From: Dehalococcoidia bacterium
GTDB taxonomy: Bacteria > Chloroflexota > Dehalococcoidia > GIF9 > UBA5629
Assembly: GCA_016930155.1 (NCBI GenBank)
Contig: JAFGHL010000074.1
Coordinates: 1-62,293 of the forward strand
Length of the DNA: 62,293 nt
Direction of reading: 5' to 3'
Part shown: positions 39,448-49,290 of the stretch, piece by piece
Layout of the letters: every line of letters begins with the position of its first letter
How positions within the stretch are numbered: position 1 is the first letter of the stretch
Position numbers and translations under genes: made by a program
The notes under the pieces: model-generated
Seen by the model: only the letters and a program-made list of their open reading frames with translations
The model's database searches: none
What the model was told of the DNA's origin: nothing

Positions 39448-40215
39448 ATGGCAAGGTCAAATAAGGTAGCTGTGATCACCGGTGGAGGAAGCGGTATCGG
39501 CAAGGGTATTGCTAAAGTATTTACGCAGAACGGCATCGATGTAGCAATAGCCGGCAGGAATTTGAAAAAGCTGGAAAAAGCGGCGGCGGAGCTCAAATCC
39601 TCCAAAGCAGAGATATTATGTGTTCAGACGGATATAGCGGTGCAGGCACAGGTGGAACGCCTGTTCGACAAGGCGCTGGAGAAGTTCGGCAAGGTGGACA
39701 TACTGGTCAACAATGCGGGCATCACCGAGCCGATGGGTTCGATAACCGATATCGATATGAAGCTGGCCGAGGATATAATAAACATCGATTTCATGGGCGC
39801 TTTTTACTGCGCCCGCAGGGCTGCTAAAGAGATGAAGGCGCAGAAAAGCGGCAATATCCTCAATATCGGCGCGACCGAAGGGCTGGTCTCCCTGCCCGGC
39901 ACACTGTATGGCGCCATGAAGGCCGCCATATCGCAATTCACCATAGTCCTGTCGCGCGAGCTGGCCGCCGTCCCCATCCGGGTCAATTGCATCCGGCCGG
40001 GAGTGGTCATTACGGAGAAGACGCAGGGGCTGTCCGCCGGCGACCTTGAGGCGTTTCTTAAAAACGTCCCCATGCATAAGGCGCTGTATCCCGAGGATAT
40101 CGGTAAACTCGCGTACTACCTGGTCTCGGATGACGCCAGATATATCACAGGCGCCATCGTTTCGGCCGATGCGGGCGTCTCCGCGGACGGCGGATGGTTT
40201 GCTTTCGGTCTGTAA
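39448..40215 (+). CDS. SDR family oxidoreductase, tandem paralog
   Basis: TGGGSGIG, NNAG, NIGA (catalytic Ser position is Ala), YGAMK. Confidence 0.9.
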   Translation: MARSNKVAVITGGGSGIGKGIAKVFTQNGIDVAIAGRNLKKLEKAAAELKSSKAEILCVQTDIAVQAQVERLFDKALEKFGKVDILVNNAGITEPMGSITDIDMKLAEDIINIDFMGAFYCARRAAKEMKAQKSGNILNIGATEGLVSLPGTLYGAMKAAISQFTIVLSRELAAVPIRVNCIRPGVVITEKTQGLSAGDLEAFLKNVPMHKALYPEDIGKLAYYLVSDDARYITGAIVSADAGVSADGGWFAFGL

Positions 40216-40244
40216 ATCCGAAGTAACAGCACAGGAGGAATCTT

Positions 40245-41096
40245 ATGGATCTGGGTCTCAAAGGCAAGGTGGCGATCGTGACCGGCGCCGGCCAGGGCGT
40301 CGGCGAAGGGATTGCTGCAATTCTGTCAAAGGAAGGGGCCAAAGTCGTGGTGAACGACTTTTTTCAAGAGCGCGCCGACAGGGTTGCCAAAGACATAGTT
40401 GCCGCAGGCGGAGAAGCCGTTGCGCTGCAGGCGGATGTTGCTGATTTCGACTCGGTCACGCAAATGGTCAAAAAGGCGCTGGATAAATTCGGACGCATAG
40501 ACATCCTGGTGAACAACGCCGGTGTCCCGGCGCCTTTGCCCGAGGGAGATACCCCCGCCTCGATGGATAATACCTTCGATAAGGTGGACCGTGCTCTCTG
40601 GAAGCGCTATATCGACGTCAATATATATGGTGTGATGAATTGCACACGGGCCGTGCTGGATGGAATGATCAATCAGAAGTACGGCAAGATCATCAATATC
40701 ATCTCCGACGCCGGCAGGATCGGCGAGCCCAGGCAGGCGGCCTATTCCGCTGGCAAGGCCGGCGTGATGGGTTTCAGCAAGGCGCTGTCCAAAGAGGTGG
40801 GCAAGCATTGTATCAACGTCAACTGCCTGGCCCTGGGCGCCGTGCCGCATCCAGGCCTGGATAACCGCAGAATTGGCATGATGGTGAAGATGGGCATGAC
40901 AGAGGAGCAGGCCAGGGACATGATCAAAGGTATCAGGGAGAAGGCTATAAAGCTGTACCCCATGGGCAAAGGGTTGGGGCGGTTCGGGACACCTGCAGAC
41001 GTAGGAAATGCAGTCGCTTTCTTTGCATCCGACGCCTCTGTTTTTATCAGTGGGCAGACGCTGAGCATCAGCGGAGGATATACCACGGTGGGTTAA
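40245..41096 (+). CDS. SDR family oxidoreductase (3-hydroxyacyl-CoA dehydrogenase/BadH-like)
   Basis: TGAGQGVG, NNAG, SDAGRIGE, YSAGK. Confidence 0.88.
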   Translation: MDLGLKGKVAIVTGAGQGVGEGIAAILSKEGAKVVVNDFFQERADRVAKDIVAAGGEAVALQADVADFDSVTQMVKKALDKFGRIDILVNNAGVPAPLPEGDTPASMDNTFDKVDRALWKRYIDVNIYGVMNCTRAVLDGMINQKYGKIINIISDAGRIGEPRQAAYSAGKAGVMGFSKALSKEVGKHCINVNCLALGAVPHPGLDNRRIGMMVKMGMTEEQARDMIKGIREKAIKLYPMGKGLGRFGTPADVGNAVAFFASDASVFISGQTLSISGGYTTVG

Positions 41097-41246
41097 CCCG
41101 TATTATCAGGGGATTTTTAGATTTCTTGAGCTTTTGCTTATACACTGCAAGGAGGTGAGTTAATCGGAAAAGTCAGTAATTTATTTTTTCAGGTACGGAA
41201 AATCAAACACTGCAGCGGTTGAATTAACGAGATTTAAGGAGGGACC

Positions 41247-42332
41247 ATGATAAAAAAAGGCACTTTGTTATTGACCATAATTATTGTTCTGTCTGTACTG
41301 ATCGTCTCCTGCACTCAACCTGCTCAGCCGGGGCAATCGCAGGCATCTCAGACTCCCGAGAAGACATATCACTGGAAATATGTACAGGCCGTGCCGGCCG
41401 CGGCAATACATATTAACAACACGGTATTTCTTCCGCACCTTGAAAATATAGAGAAACGCAGCAACGGCCGTCTAAAGATAGACTGGGTCAACTGGGTTGA
41501 GACCCCCTACAAAGGGAGCGATGCTCTGCGCGTGGCGCGCGATGGACTGGCTCAGGGATGCGAGGTGCTATTCGGATATTGTACCGGCGATGCGCCTATG
41601 CTGGGCGCCCCCGAGCTTCAATATATGGCTCCGCATAAAGTTGATCTGCCTGAATTATACTCGCTGTATGGAAAGGTATGGAGCAACCCAAAGGTAAAGG
41701 CCGCGGTTCTGGACAAGACCATGCAGGACTTTAATGCGGTGTCGCTCGGCGTTTATCACTGGGGACCGCAGCCCTTCTGGCTGACCAGGGAAGTCAAAAA
41801 GCCGGCTGATTTCAAGGGTATGCAAATACGCGAGTTTTCCGCCGAAGGAGCTGACATGGTCAGGGCCCTCGGTGCTTCCGTCACCCTGGTAACCGCCGCT
41901 GAGGTATTTACGGCATTGGAAAGAGGTATGTGCGACGGATTGATATCTGCGCCGCAGGCTATGCTGGCCGGGGGATGGTACGAAGCTATAAAATACGTGT
42001 ACCTGTCAAATACGAGAATAACAGCCAATTCGTTCACCATAAATAAGAAGGCCTGGGATTCTCTGCCGCCTGATCTGCAGCAGATCATGGCTGAGGAAAT
42101 AGCCGCCGCTTGCGCGGAATTGAACGTAGCCAACGTAGAAGATTCTTATAAACTGTACGAACTGTTTGGTAACCAGATGACATTCAACGAAGACAATGAA
42201 GAAGATTACCAGTACATCCGCAACCTGTGTAAGGAAAATGTATGGCCCAACTGGCTCAAGCGGGTAGGCCCGCAGGGCAACGACGTACTCAACATGTGCC
42301 TCGAAGCTATGGGGGCTTCGGAAAGATACTAA
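41247..42332 (+). CDS. dctP: TRAP transporter substrate-binding lipoprotein
   Basis: Lipobox IVSC, SNGRLKI, DFKGMQIR, EVFTALERG. Confidence 0.88.
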   Translation: MIKKGTLLLTIIIVLSVLIVSCTQPAQPGQSQASQTPEKTYHWKYVQAVPAAAIHINNTVFLPHLENIEKRSNGRLKIDWVNWVETPYKGSDALRVARDGLAQGCEVLFGYCTGDAPMLGAPELQYMAPHKVDLPELYSLYGKVWSNPKVKAAVLDKTMQDFNAVSLGVYHWGPQPFWLTREVKKPADFKGMQIREFSAEGADMVRALGASVTLVTAAEVFTALERGMCDGLISAPQAMLAGGWYEAIKYVYLSNTRITANSFTINKKAWDSLPPDLQQIMAEEIAAACAELNVANVEDSYKLYELFGNQMTFNEDNEEDYQYIRNLCKENVWPNWLKRVGPQGNDVLNMCLEAMGASERY

Positions 42333-42385
42333 TTAACGGCAGTTATGTCGGACTAACCGGCATATCCAGTGGGAGTGTATGAGCC

Positions 42386-42934
42386 ATGACGAAAATAGCA
42401 GCTACGATCGACACGATCATTGAGCGGCTGTCCGTTGCGGGTCTCTGGATAGGCTCAATAGGTGTGTTGATCATGTTTGTCATCGTTTTCATTGAAATCG
42501 TGGTGAGAAAGGCATTCGAAACCAGTATATACATAAGCCAGGATTATTCAGGATATATGATGGCTATTTGTCTGGCGCTTCCACTGGGTATGCTGGTCAG
42601 GAGGCGGGGGCATATCAAAGTCGATGTTATATTTGCACGCCTCCCTCCCAAAGTAAAGTACTGCTTTGATCTGGCTTTTTTAGTCATAATGCTTTGCTAT
42701 GGAATAGCATTGACGTACATATGTTACGGGCTGTCCAAGGATTCATATGATCTGAAGGCTGTCAGCATTGATTTAAGTCATACGCCACTCTGGATCCCGC
42801 AGTCTACGCTGGTCATCGGAGTAGGTTTCTTTGTTATTACATTGATATTCGAGATCTATAAAATGCTGTTCATGAGAAGCGGTGGCGCGGCAATCCCGGC
42901 TCCCATTAAATCACCCGGAGCGGAGAACAAATGA
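42386..42934 (+). CDS. dctQ: TRAP transporter small permease
   Basis: Four TM helices, GHIKVD, PLWIP. Confidence 0.88.
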   Translation: MTKIAATIDTIIERLSVAGLWIGSIGVLIMFVIVFIEIVVRKAFETSIYISQDYSGYMMAICLALPLGMLVRRRGHIKVDVIFARLPPKVKYCFDLAFLVIMLCYGIALTYICYGLSKDSYDLKAVSIDLSHTPLWIPQSTLVIGVGFFVITLIFEIYKMLFMRSGGAAIPAPIKSPGAENK

Positions 42935-44241
42935 TTATCAGCCTGATAATGTTCGCAACCATACTCATGCTCGTAATGATAGGTGTCCCCATAGCTGCAG
43001 CGCTGGGAATGACGGGTATCGTAGCCATCCTCCTGTTTGATCCCAATTTGCTCAAAGGAGCAGCGTTTACCGTGTGGGCTAATGCTACGAGCTTCATACT
43101 GGTCTCGGCGCCGCTGTACATCCTTATGGGGGACATGATAATCAGATCGGGTGCAAGCACTCGATTTTACAGCGGCATGGGACTCTGGATGCGTAAAATC
43201 CCGGGAGGATTGCTGCATACCAATATACTGGCATGCACTATTCTGGCTGCCATCAGCGGCTCCAGCGTTGCGACGGCGGCTACGGCGGCATCAGTGGCGA
43301 TACCCGAGCTGGATAAGCTGGGCTACGAGAAAAAGATGACATACGGTTCTATCGCCGCCGGCGGCACACTGGGAATACTCATACCCCCCAGCATCTCCAT
43401 GATCATATACTGCGGTCTGACATCGACATCCGTGGCGGAGTGCTTCATTGCCGGGGTGATTCCCGGCCTGATCATGAGTTTCCTCTTCATGACATATATC
43501 GGTGTTAACGCCCTGATCAATCCGGCTATTGCACCGCGCAGAAGCAGCATCGTCAAGATCACGCTCAAAGTGGCATCCCAATCGTTGCTTGATGTGATAC
43601 CCATCCTGCTGCTGGCAGTAGTTGTATTTGCCGGCCTGTATTTAGGCTGGGCCACCCCCACTGAACTGGCCGCCATCGGGGTATTCTTTGCGCTGATACT
43701 TCTCGCCATCAATCATAATTTCAACTGGAAGACCATATTCGGCAGCGCATCTTATGTAGCGCGCGTTGGCAGTCCTCTGCTCTTCATCATCATAGGTGCG
43801 CAAATATTCTCATTTGCACTGTACACCTGGGGCGCCACCCAGGAGCTTACCGTGGCGGTTACAAATGCACCTCTGCCGCCGCTTGGTATCTGGGCGATAC
43901 TCGCTGTTCTATTGCTTGTACTGGGCATGTTCATCGACGCGATATCGATGATGGTGCTCACCGTGCCTGTGATCTTCCCCATCATGACGGGGCTGGGGTT
44001 CGATCCCGTCTGGTTGTGCGTCGCGGTTACGCTGCTTCTGGAGACCGGCCTGATAACACCGCCGGTAGGGATGAACCTTTTCACAATTCAAATGCTTGCT
44101 CCGGGATCGACCCTGGGTCAGATTGCCCGAGGTTCCTTACCTTTCGTGATAATACTTTTTATCGGAGTTATTGTGGTCACAGCTTTCCCTGAAATCGCGT
44201 TGTGGCTGCCTGCCCACATGAAAACACCGGTTGGACCGTGA
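42931..44241 (+). CDS. dctM: TRAP transporter large permease
   Basis: AISGSSVATA, GTLGILIPPS, TPTE, ITPPVGMNLF. Confidence 0.93.
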   Translation: MIISLIMFATILMLVMIGVPIAAALGMTGIVAILLFDPNLLKGAAFTVWANATSFILVSAPLYILMGDMIIRSGASTRFYSGMGLWMRKIPGGLLHTNILACTILAAISGSSVATAATAASVAIPELDKLGYEKKMTYGSIAAGGTLGILIPPSISMIIYCGLTSTSVAECFIAGVIPGLIMSFLFMTYIGVNALINPAIAPRRSSIVKITLKVASQSLLDVIPILLLAVVVFAGLYLGWATPTELAAIGVFFALILLAINHNFNWKTIFGSASYVARVGSPLLFIIIGAQIFSFALYTWGATQELTVAVTNAPLPPLGIWAILAVLLLVLGMFIDAISMMVLTVPVIFPIMTGLGFDPVWLCVAVTLLLETGLITPPVGMNLFTIQMLAPGSTLGQIARGSLPFVIILFIGVIVVTAFPEIALWLPAHMKTPVGP

Positions 44242-44279
44242 ACCCGAAGTAAACAAGCAGTTCGCTTAATAAAGAGAAG

Positions 44280-44303
44280 GGCGGGGTTTTATAAAACCCC
44301 GCC
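44280..44303. terminator. Perfect 24-bp palindrome between convergent genes (bidirectional terminator, REP-core related)
   Basis: GGCGGGGTTTTATAAAACCCCGCC. Confidence 0.7.
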
Positions 44304-44333
44304 GCCTTATTTGTCAGGCCGCATGTCCCTTTA

Positions 44334-45986
44334 TCAAAACAGATTGGATTCCTTCTGCGTACCGAATACCTTGCGCAGAACATCGCACATCTCGCCCAGC
44401 GTAACATAGACAGCCGCACAATTGATGAGCGCAGGCATTATGTTGTCCTTGCCTTCGGCCGACTTTTGCAGCCGGTCCAGGCAATGCGTGACTTCTTCGT
44501 TGTCCCGTTTGTTCTTGAGCTGGGCCAGGCTTTTCTTCTGGGTCAACTCAACCCCGGCGCCGACCCTGTGCAGAGATATCTGAGGTGCTTGCGAAAGATA
44601 TTTATTTACTCCCACTACAATCCGCTCGCCCTGGTCGACCTCCTTCTGATAATTGTAGGCGGCCTCCTGAATAAGAGCTGTCTGGTAACCGGCTTTGATA
44701 GCGCTGGCCGCACCGCCCAGTTTCTCTATCTGCTCAATAATTCGGTTGGCTTCGTTCTCAAGCCTGCCGGTCAGGCACTCCAGGTAGTAGCTGCCGCCCA
44801 TCGGGTCTACAACATCGGCAATGCCGCTCTCACTGGCAATGATCTGCTGTATGCGCAAAGATTGGGTTGACGCTTCCTCGGTCGGGATGCAAATAGCCTC
44901 GTCATAGCTGGCGACTGCCATCGATTGGACGCCGCCCAGCGCTGCCGCCAGCGCCTGTATGGTTGCCCTTGAGATATTATTGAGGGGTTGCTGCGCTGTA
45001 AGAGTTACTCCCCCTGTCTGAACATGGGTGCGGAACATCAAAGAGCGTGGATCTTTGGCGCCGAACCTCTCCTTCATGATACGGGCCCACATACGCCGCA
45101 GCGCACGCAGCTTGGCGACTTCCTCAAAAAAATCATTGTGTATCTGAAAATGCCAGGAAAGGCGTGGAGCAAACGAATCGACATCCAAACCCCGGTTAAC
45201 CAGTGCATTAACATACTCGATAGCATTGGCCATGGTCAGGCCGATTTCCTGGGCGGCTGTCGAGCCCGCTTCGCGTATGTGGTAGCCGGAGATGCTGATA
45301 AAGTTCCAGCGAGGGAGGTTTTTACTGCAATACTCGGCAATGTCGGCCACCAGTCTCAGTGACGGCTCCGGCGGGAAAATATAGGTATTACGCGCGATAT
45401 ACTCCTTAAGGATATCATTCTGTACCGTCCCGTCCAGTTTGTCCAGGTCGATACCCCCCCTCTCAGCCAGACATATATACATGGCCAGCAGCGGCGCGCA
45501 GGTGGCATTGACCGTCATGGAGGTGCTTATTTGATCCAGTTCGATACCCTCAAACAGCACCTCCATATCGCGCAGTGAGTCCACTGCGACCCCCACCCTG
45601 CCCACCTCACCGCGCGCATACAGGCTGTCCGAGTCGTAACCGAGCTGGGTTGGCAGGTCGAAAGCGATGCTGAGGCCGGACTGTCCCTGTTTGAAAAGAT
45701 GGTGGAAGCGCTGGTTAGTGTCCCGGGCACTGCCGAATCCCGAATACTGGCGCATCGTCCATAACCTGCCGCAGTACATAGCAGGATGTATACCCCTGGT
45801 ATACGGATATTGCCCCGGATAACCCAGATCACGCTCATAATCGAAACCGCCCAGATCCTCGGGCGTGTACAGCGCCTCCAGCTCGCTGCCCGAGCTGGAT
45901 TTATATGAGGCCCGGCGGGATTTACCTGATTTTAAAGCCGGGTTGAGCGTATCCTCGACCCATTTTCTTTTATTGCTCATATTCAC
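44334..45986 (-). CDS. Acyl-CoA mutase large subunit (methylmalonyl-CoA mutase family, no B12 domain)
   Basis: PYTRG, WTMRQYSGF, AFDLPTQ.GYDSD, QNDILKEYIAR, SISGYHIREAG, YDEA; start may be ATG 45980. Confidence 0.93.
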   Translation of the reverse strand: MNMSNKRKWVEDTLNPALKSGKSRRASYKSSSGSELEALYTPEDLGGFDYERDLGYPGQYPYTRGIHPAMYCGRLWTMRQYSGFGSARDTNQRFHHLFKQGQSGLSIAFDLPTQLGYDSDSLYARGEVGRVGVAVDSLRDMEVLFEGIELDQISTSMTVNATCAPLLAMYICLAERGGIDLDKLDGTVQNDILKEYIARNTYIFPPEPSLRLVADIAEYCSKNLPRWNFISISGYHIREAGSTAAQEIGLTMANAIEYVNALVNRGLDVDSFAPRLSWHFQIHNDFFEEVAKLRALRRMWARIMKERFGAKDPRSLMFRTHVQTGGVTLTAQQPLNNISRATIQALAAALGGVQSMAVASYDEAICIPTEEASTQSLRIQQIIASESGIADVVDPMGGSYYLECLTGRLENEANRIIEQIEKLGGAASAIKAGYQTALIQEAAYNYQKEVDQGERIVVGVNKYLSQAPQISLHRVGAGVELTQKKSLAQLKNKRDNEEVTHCLDRLQKSAEGKDNIMPALINCAAVYVTLGEMCDVLRKVFGTQKESNLF

Positions 45987-46004
45987 ACAGCTCCGTTTTC
46001 CATA

Positions 46005-46073
46005 TTGACAAATCCAGGAATGTAGTATAGAATTTTGCCATCAATGTATTAATAATATTACAATATAACATTA
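46005..46073 (+). promoter_or_regulatory. Sigma70 promoter plus TATAACATTA site for the 46193-57763 gene run
   Basis: TTGACA 46005-46010, 17 bp, TAGAAT 46028-46033; motif at 46064-46073. Confidence 0.65.
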
Positions 46074-46192
46074 TTATATTAAATTAATACAAGCCGGGTC
46101 AATAATACTTGCAGGGGTCACTGAATAGAAGCCGCTTTTCGGTAGTCGTGTGAAGTAAACTGTGAAACAGGTCAAATAAAGGAGAGACGACA

Positions 46193-46873
46193 ATGGCCGA
46201 GAGATTATTCACCGAAGCTGAGCTCGAGGAGCTGGGTACTGAAACAGTCGATCTGGTTGAGAAGGCGATAGATGCGGGTGATCTGCAGAAGGCCAGGAAA
46301 CTGAACCGTCGCCAGTACAAGGAATTCTACTCCATGCACGAAGGGTTCCGGGATTGGATCGCCACCCTGATGAGCTATGTCTATAACCGTATGGGTGACG
46401 AGGCCCTCTATGAAGTGCTGCATGAGGTTTTCAAGGATTTTGCGATCCTGGCTCAGATATACCGCGCGGAAAACGTTAAACGCCAGGTGCAGATGCTGTG
46501 TGCCGGTTTCCGCGGGCACCTGACCAAGCTGAAGATAGAGGAAGACGATGAGAAGGTTACGGTTATGATGATGCCCTGCGGTAGCGGTGGCAGGGCTATC
46601 TTAAATAATAGCTATAACCCTCCCAAGAATTTGGCCAAAGTGAAGAAAGCCCAAAAAATGACGTTCGGTATGACCGATGTCCCGGTGTACTGTGTTCACT
46701 GCGCGCTGCAGGATATAGTGCCCATAGAGGAGACAGGATACCCCATCTGGATCATTGAGCCGCCCAGGGAGTTTGGCAAGGACCCCTGCCGCTACATGAT
46801 ATACAAGGACCCGGACAAGATCCCCGCCAAATATTACGAAAGGTACGGGTTGAAGAAACCGGCAAAGGATTAA
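46193..46873 (+). CDS. Hypothetical protein with Cys motifs
   Basis: 226 aa, AAGGAG RBS, first gene of the operon; PCGSGGR, YCVHC, PC. Confidence 0.75.
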   Translation: MAERLFTEAELEELGTETVDLVEKAIDAGDLQKARKLNRRQYKEFYSMHEGFRDWIATLMSYVYNRMGDEALYEVLHEVFKDFAILAQIYRAENVKRQVQMLCAGFRGHLTKLKIEEDDEKVTVMMMPCGSGGRAILNNSYNPPKNLAKVKKAQKMTFGMTDVPVYCVHCALQDIVPIEETGYPIWIIEPPREFGKDPCRYMIYKDPDKIPAKYYERYGLKKPAKD

Positions 46874-46895
46874 TTTTAGTGAAAGGAGAATTGCT

Positions 46896-48074
46896 GTGAT
46901 TCAAGCACTGGATGGTATAAAGGTACTGGACCTGTGCCGTGGCTATCCCCCTGCTTTTGCGGCCATGCATATGGGTGATTTCGGCGCAGACGTGATCAAG
47001 GTCGATCCCGTCGGGTACGTTCTGGCGCTTCCTATGGAAGCGGCTGCGCAAACGATGTCTGCGTATACCTTTATAGACCGAAACAAGCGCAGCATCAAGC
47101 TGAACCTGAAATCGGAGCAGGGGAAAGAGGTCATTTATAAGTTGATCAAAAAGATGGATGTCCTGGTGGAGAATTCGAGGCCGGGCACAATGGAGAAGCT
47201 GGGCATCGGGTATGACACCTTGAAGGAGATTAATCCACGGCTGGTATTCTGCGCGGTCAGCGGATACGGACAAACGGGCCCATACAGGGATATCGTAGGG
47301 CATGATGCCAATTTCATGGCCATCTCCGGCGCGCTCAGCCTGATCGGTCCCAAGGATGGGCCGCCCTGTTGGCCCAGCAACATGGTCGCCGATTTTGCCG
47401 GCGCGGGATTGCATCCACTGATAGGAATACTGATTGCCCTGCAGGCCAGGGAGAGGACGGGTAAAGGGCAGCTGGTGGATATCGCCTACCTCGACAGCGT
47501 TTTCTCATTGATCTCGTTTGATGCTACGATGTATATGGTTTCAGGAGAAAAAAGGAGGCGGGGCCTCACACCTCAGACCGGCGGCGAACCGCACTGTTCC
47601 ACCTATCTTACGAAAGACAACGAGTATATCACCATCCAGTTTATCGAAACGCCTTTCTGGAAAAACTTCTGCGAGGCCATCGGGCGGCCGGACCTGATAG
47701 CCAGGCAATGGCCGAAAGACGATGCCGACCGTCAGGAGATGTTCAAGATAATGAGGGAGCTCTTTCTGACCAAAACGCGGGATGAGTGGTGGGAATGGGC
47801 CAAACAGAGGCAGGTGTTCTTCGGCCCGGTGCTTTACATAGAAGAGGCGATGGACGATCCTCAACTGAGGAGCAGGCAGATGATAATGGAGAAAGAGCAT
47901 CCCGTGCTGGGGAAGATAAAGCAGCTGGGAAACCCGCTCAAATTATCCGATACCCCCGCCCAGTTCAAAACATACTGTCCCATGCCTGGTGAACATACCG
48001 ATGAGATATTAGGAGAGATGGGCTACTCCGTGGCCCAGATCCAAAAGCTGAGAGAAACCAAGGCCGTCGAGTGA
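46896..48074 (+). CDS. CaiB/BaiF family protein, alpha-methylacyl-CoA racemase-like
   Basis: GADVIKV, RNKRSI, SGYGQTGPY, GHDANF, NMVADFAGAG. Confidence 0.85.
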   Translation: MIQALDGIKVLDLCRGYPPAFAAMHMGDFGADVIKVDPVGYVLALPMEAAAQTMSAYTFIDRNKRSIKLNLKSEQGKEVIYKLIKKMDVLVENSRPGTMEKLGIGYDTLKEINPRLVFCAVSGYGQTGPYRDIVGHDANFMAISGALSLIGPKDGPPCWPSNMVADFAGAGLHPLIGILIALQARERTGKGQLVDIAYLDSVFSLISFDATMYMVSGEKRRRGLTPQTGGEPHCSTYLTKDNEYITIQFIETPFWKNFCEAIGRPDLIARQWPKDDADRQEMFKIMRELFLTKTRDEWWEWAKQRQVFFGPVLYIEEAMDDPQLRSRQMIMEKEHPVLGKIKQLGNPLKLSDTPAQFKTYCPMPGEHTDEILGEMGYSVAQIQKLRETKAVE

Positions 48075-48104
48075 TAAGCAGCGTCATTTCTGGAGGTAGC
48101 AACC

Positions 48105-49274
48105 ATGTTAAAAGGAATCAGAGTACTGGACGTCGGTGGTTGGGGAGTGGGGCCGATAGCTTGCTGTCTGTTAGGCAGCCTCGGTGCAGATGTCATCCGC
48201 TTCGAACCGCCCAAGTATGACGGGCTTTACCATGTCGGTACCATGTTGAGCGGCGCCGGCACCACCTATATCTCCGCTCATTTCAACGAGCGCAACATCA
48301 TCATCGACCTTAAGAAAGAGGAAGACCGGGAGCTCGGCCTTAAAATTGCCGCAACCGCGGATGTATTAATCGAAAACCATCCGCCCGGCGCTATGGCAAA
48401 GCTGCAATTCGATTACGAAAGCGTTCGCAAAGTGAATCCGAACATTATTTACTGCGCGAGCTCCAGCTATGGTACAAAAGGACCCTATGCCAATATGCCC
48501 AGCAACGATCCCATGATGCAGCTCGCTTCAGGTTTCGCCAGCCTGAATGGATCGCCGGGCAGCCAGGGCGAGATGTTTCGATATGTTGCTTCTGTGGACT
48601 ATACCACCAGCCTTAACATCGTACAAGCGGTGCTGCTGGCATTAATGGCGCGCCAGGTTACCGGTCGCGGCCAGAAAATCGAGATGTCGCAGTTTGAAGC
48701 AGTGCTGGCCCTGCAGACGACCCGCATCGCGGAGTTTTTCGCAACCGGGAAAAGTCCCGCTCCCATGGGCACGGCCAATCCCAATATCGTGCCGTCACAG
48801 TCTTTCCGGACATACGACAATAAATACGTCAATGTCAGTGTCCATCGTGAAGAATACTGGCCGAGACTGTGCAAGGCGCTGGGACTGGCCGACCTTGAAA
48901 ACGATCCTAAATATGCTACCAATGAGGGCCGTGTTAAAAACAGGGAGGAGCTTATACCCATACTGGAGGAAAAATTTGCCCGGGAGCCTGCCAGGTGGTG
49001 GCTGATGCTGATGCGGCGCAGCGGCGTTCCCATCGGCCCGATTCACTCGGTGGACGAGATATACAACGATCCTCATCTTAGAGAAAACAAGATGATTTTG
49101 AAGTTGAAAACCCCCTGGGGTCCGACCCTGTTCACCAATTTTCCTCTCAAATTCAGCAATCCACCCAGACCTATCAAAATCACAGCGCCGGTTAAGCCCG
49201 ATAAGAACAGGGGGGAGATTCTGGCGGAGGTTTCCGGGTCGAATAAAGAAACCAAAGGCAAACGAGTTAAGTAG
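48105..49274 (+). CDS. CoA-transferase family III subunit
   Basis: LGADVIRFE, ADVLIEN, SYGTKGPY, SVDYTTS (catalytic Asp retained). Confidence 0.85.
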   Translation: MLKGIRVLDVGGWGVGPIACCLLGSLGADVIRFEPPKYDGLYHVGTMLSGAGTTYISAHFNERNIIIDLKKEEDRELGLKIAATADVLIENHPPGAMAKLQFDYESVRKVNPNIIYCASSSYGTKGPYANMPSNDPMMQLASGFASLNGSPGSQGEMFRYVASVDYTTSLNIVQAVLLALMARQVTGRGQKIEMSQFEAVLALQTTRIAEFFATGKSPAPMGTANPNIVPSQSFRTYDNKYVNVSVHREEYWPRLCKALGLADLENDPKYATNEGRVKNREELIPILEEKFAREPARWWLMLMRRSGVPIGPIHSVDEIYNDPHLRENKMILKLKTPWGPTLFTNFPLKFSNPPRPIKITAPVKPDKNRGEILAEVSGSNKETKGKRVK

Positions 49275-49290
49275 AGGGAGGATCTGAGCG

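Noticed and set aside
45987-46192. Cobalamin riboswitch near the mutase gene
   Set aside because: No B12-box-like conserved elements recognised; region explained by promoter and AT-rich operator sites
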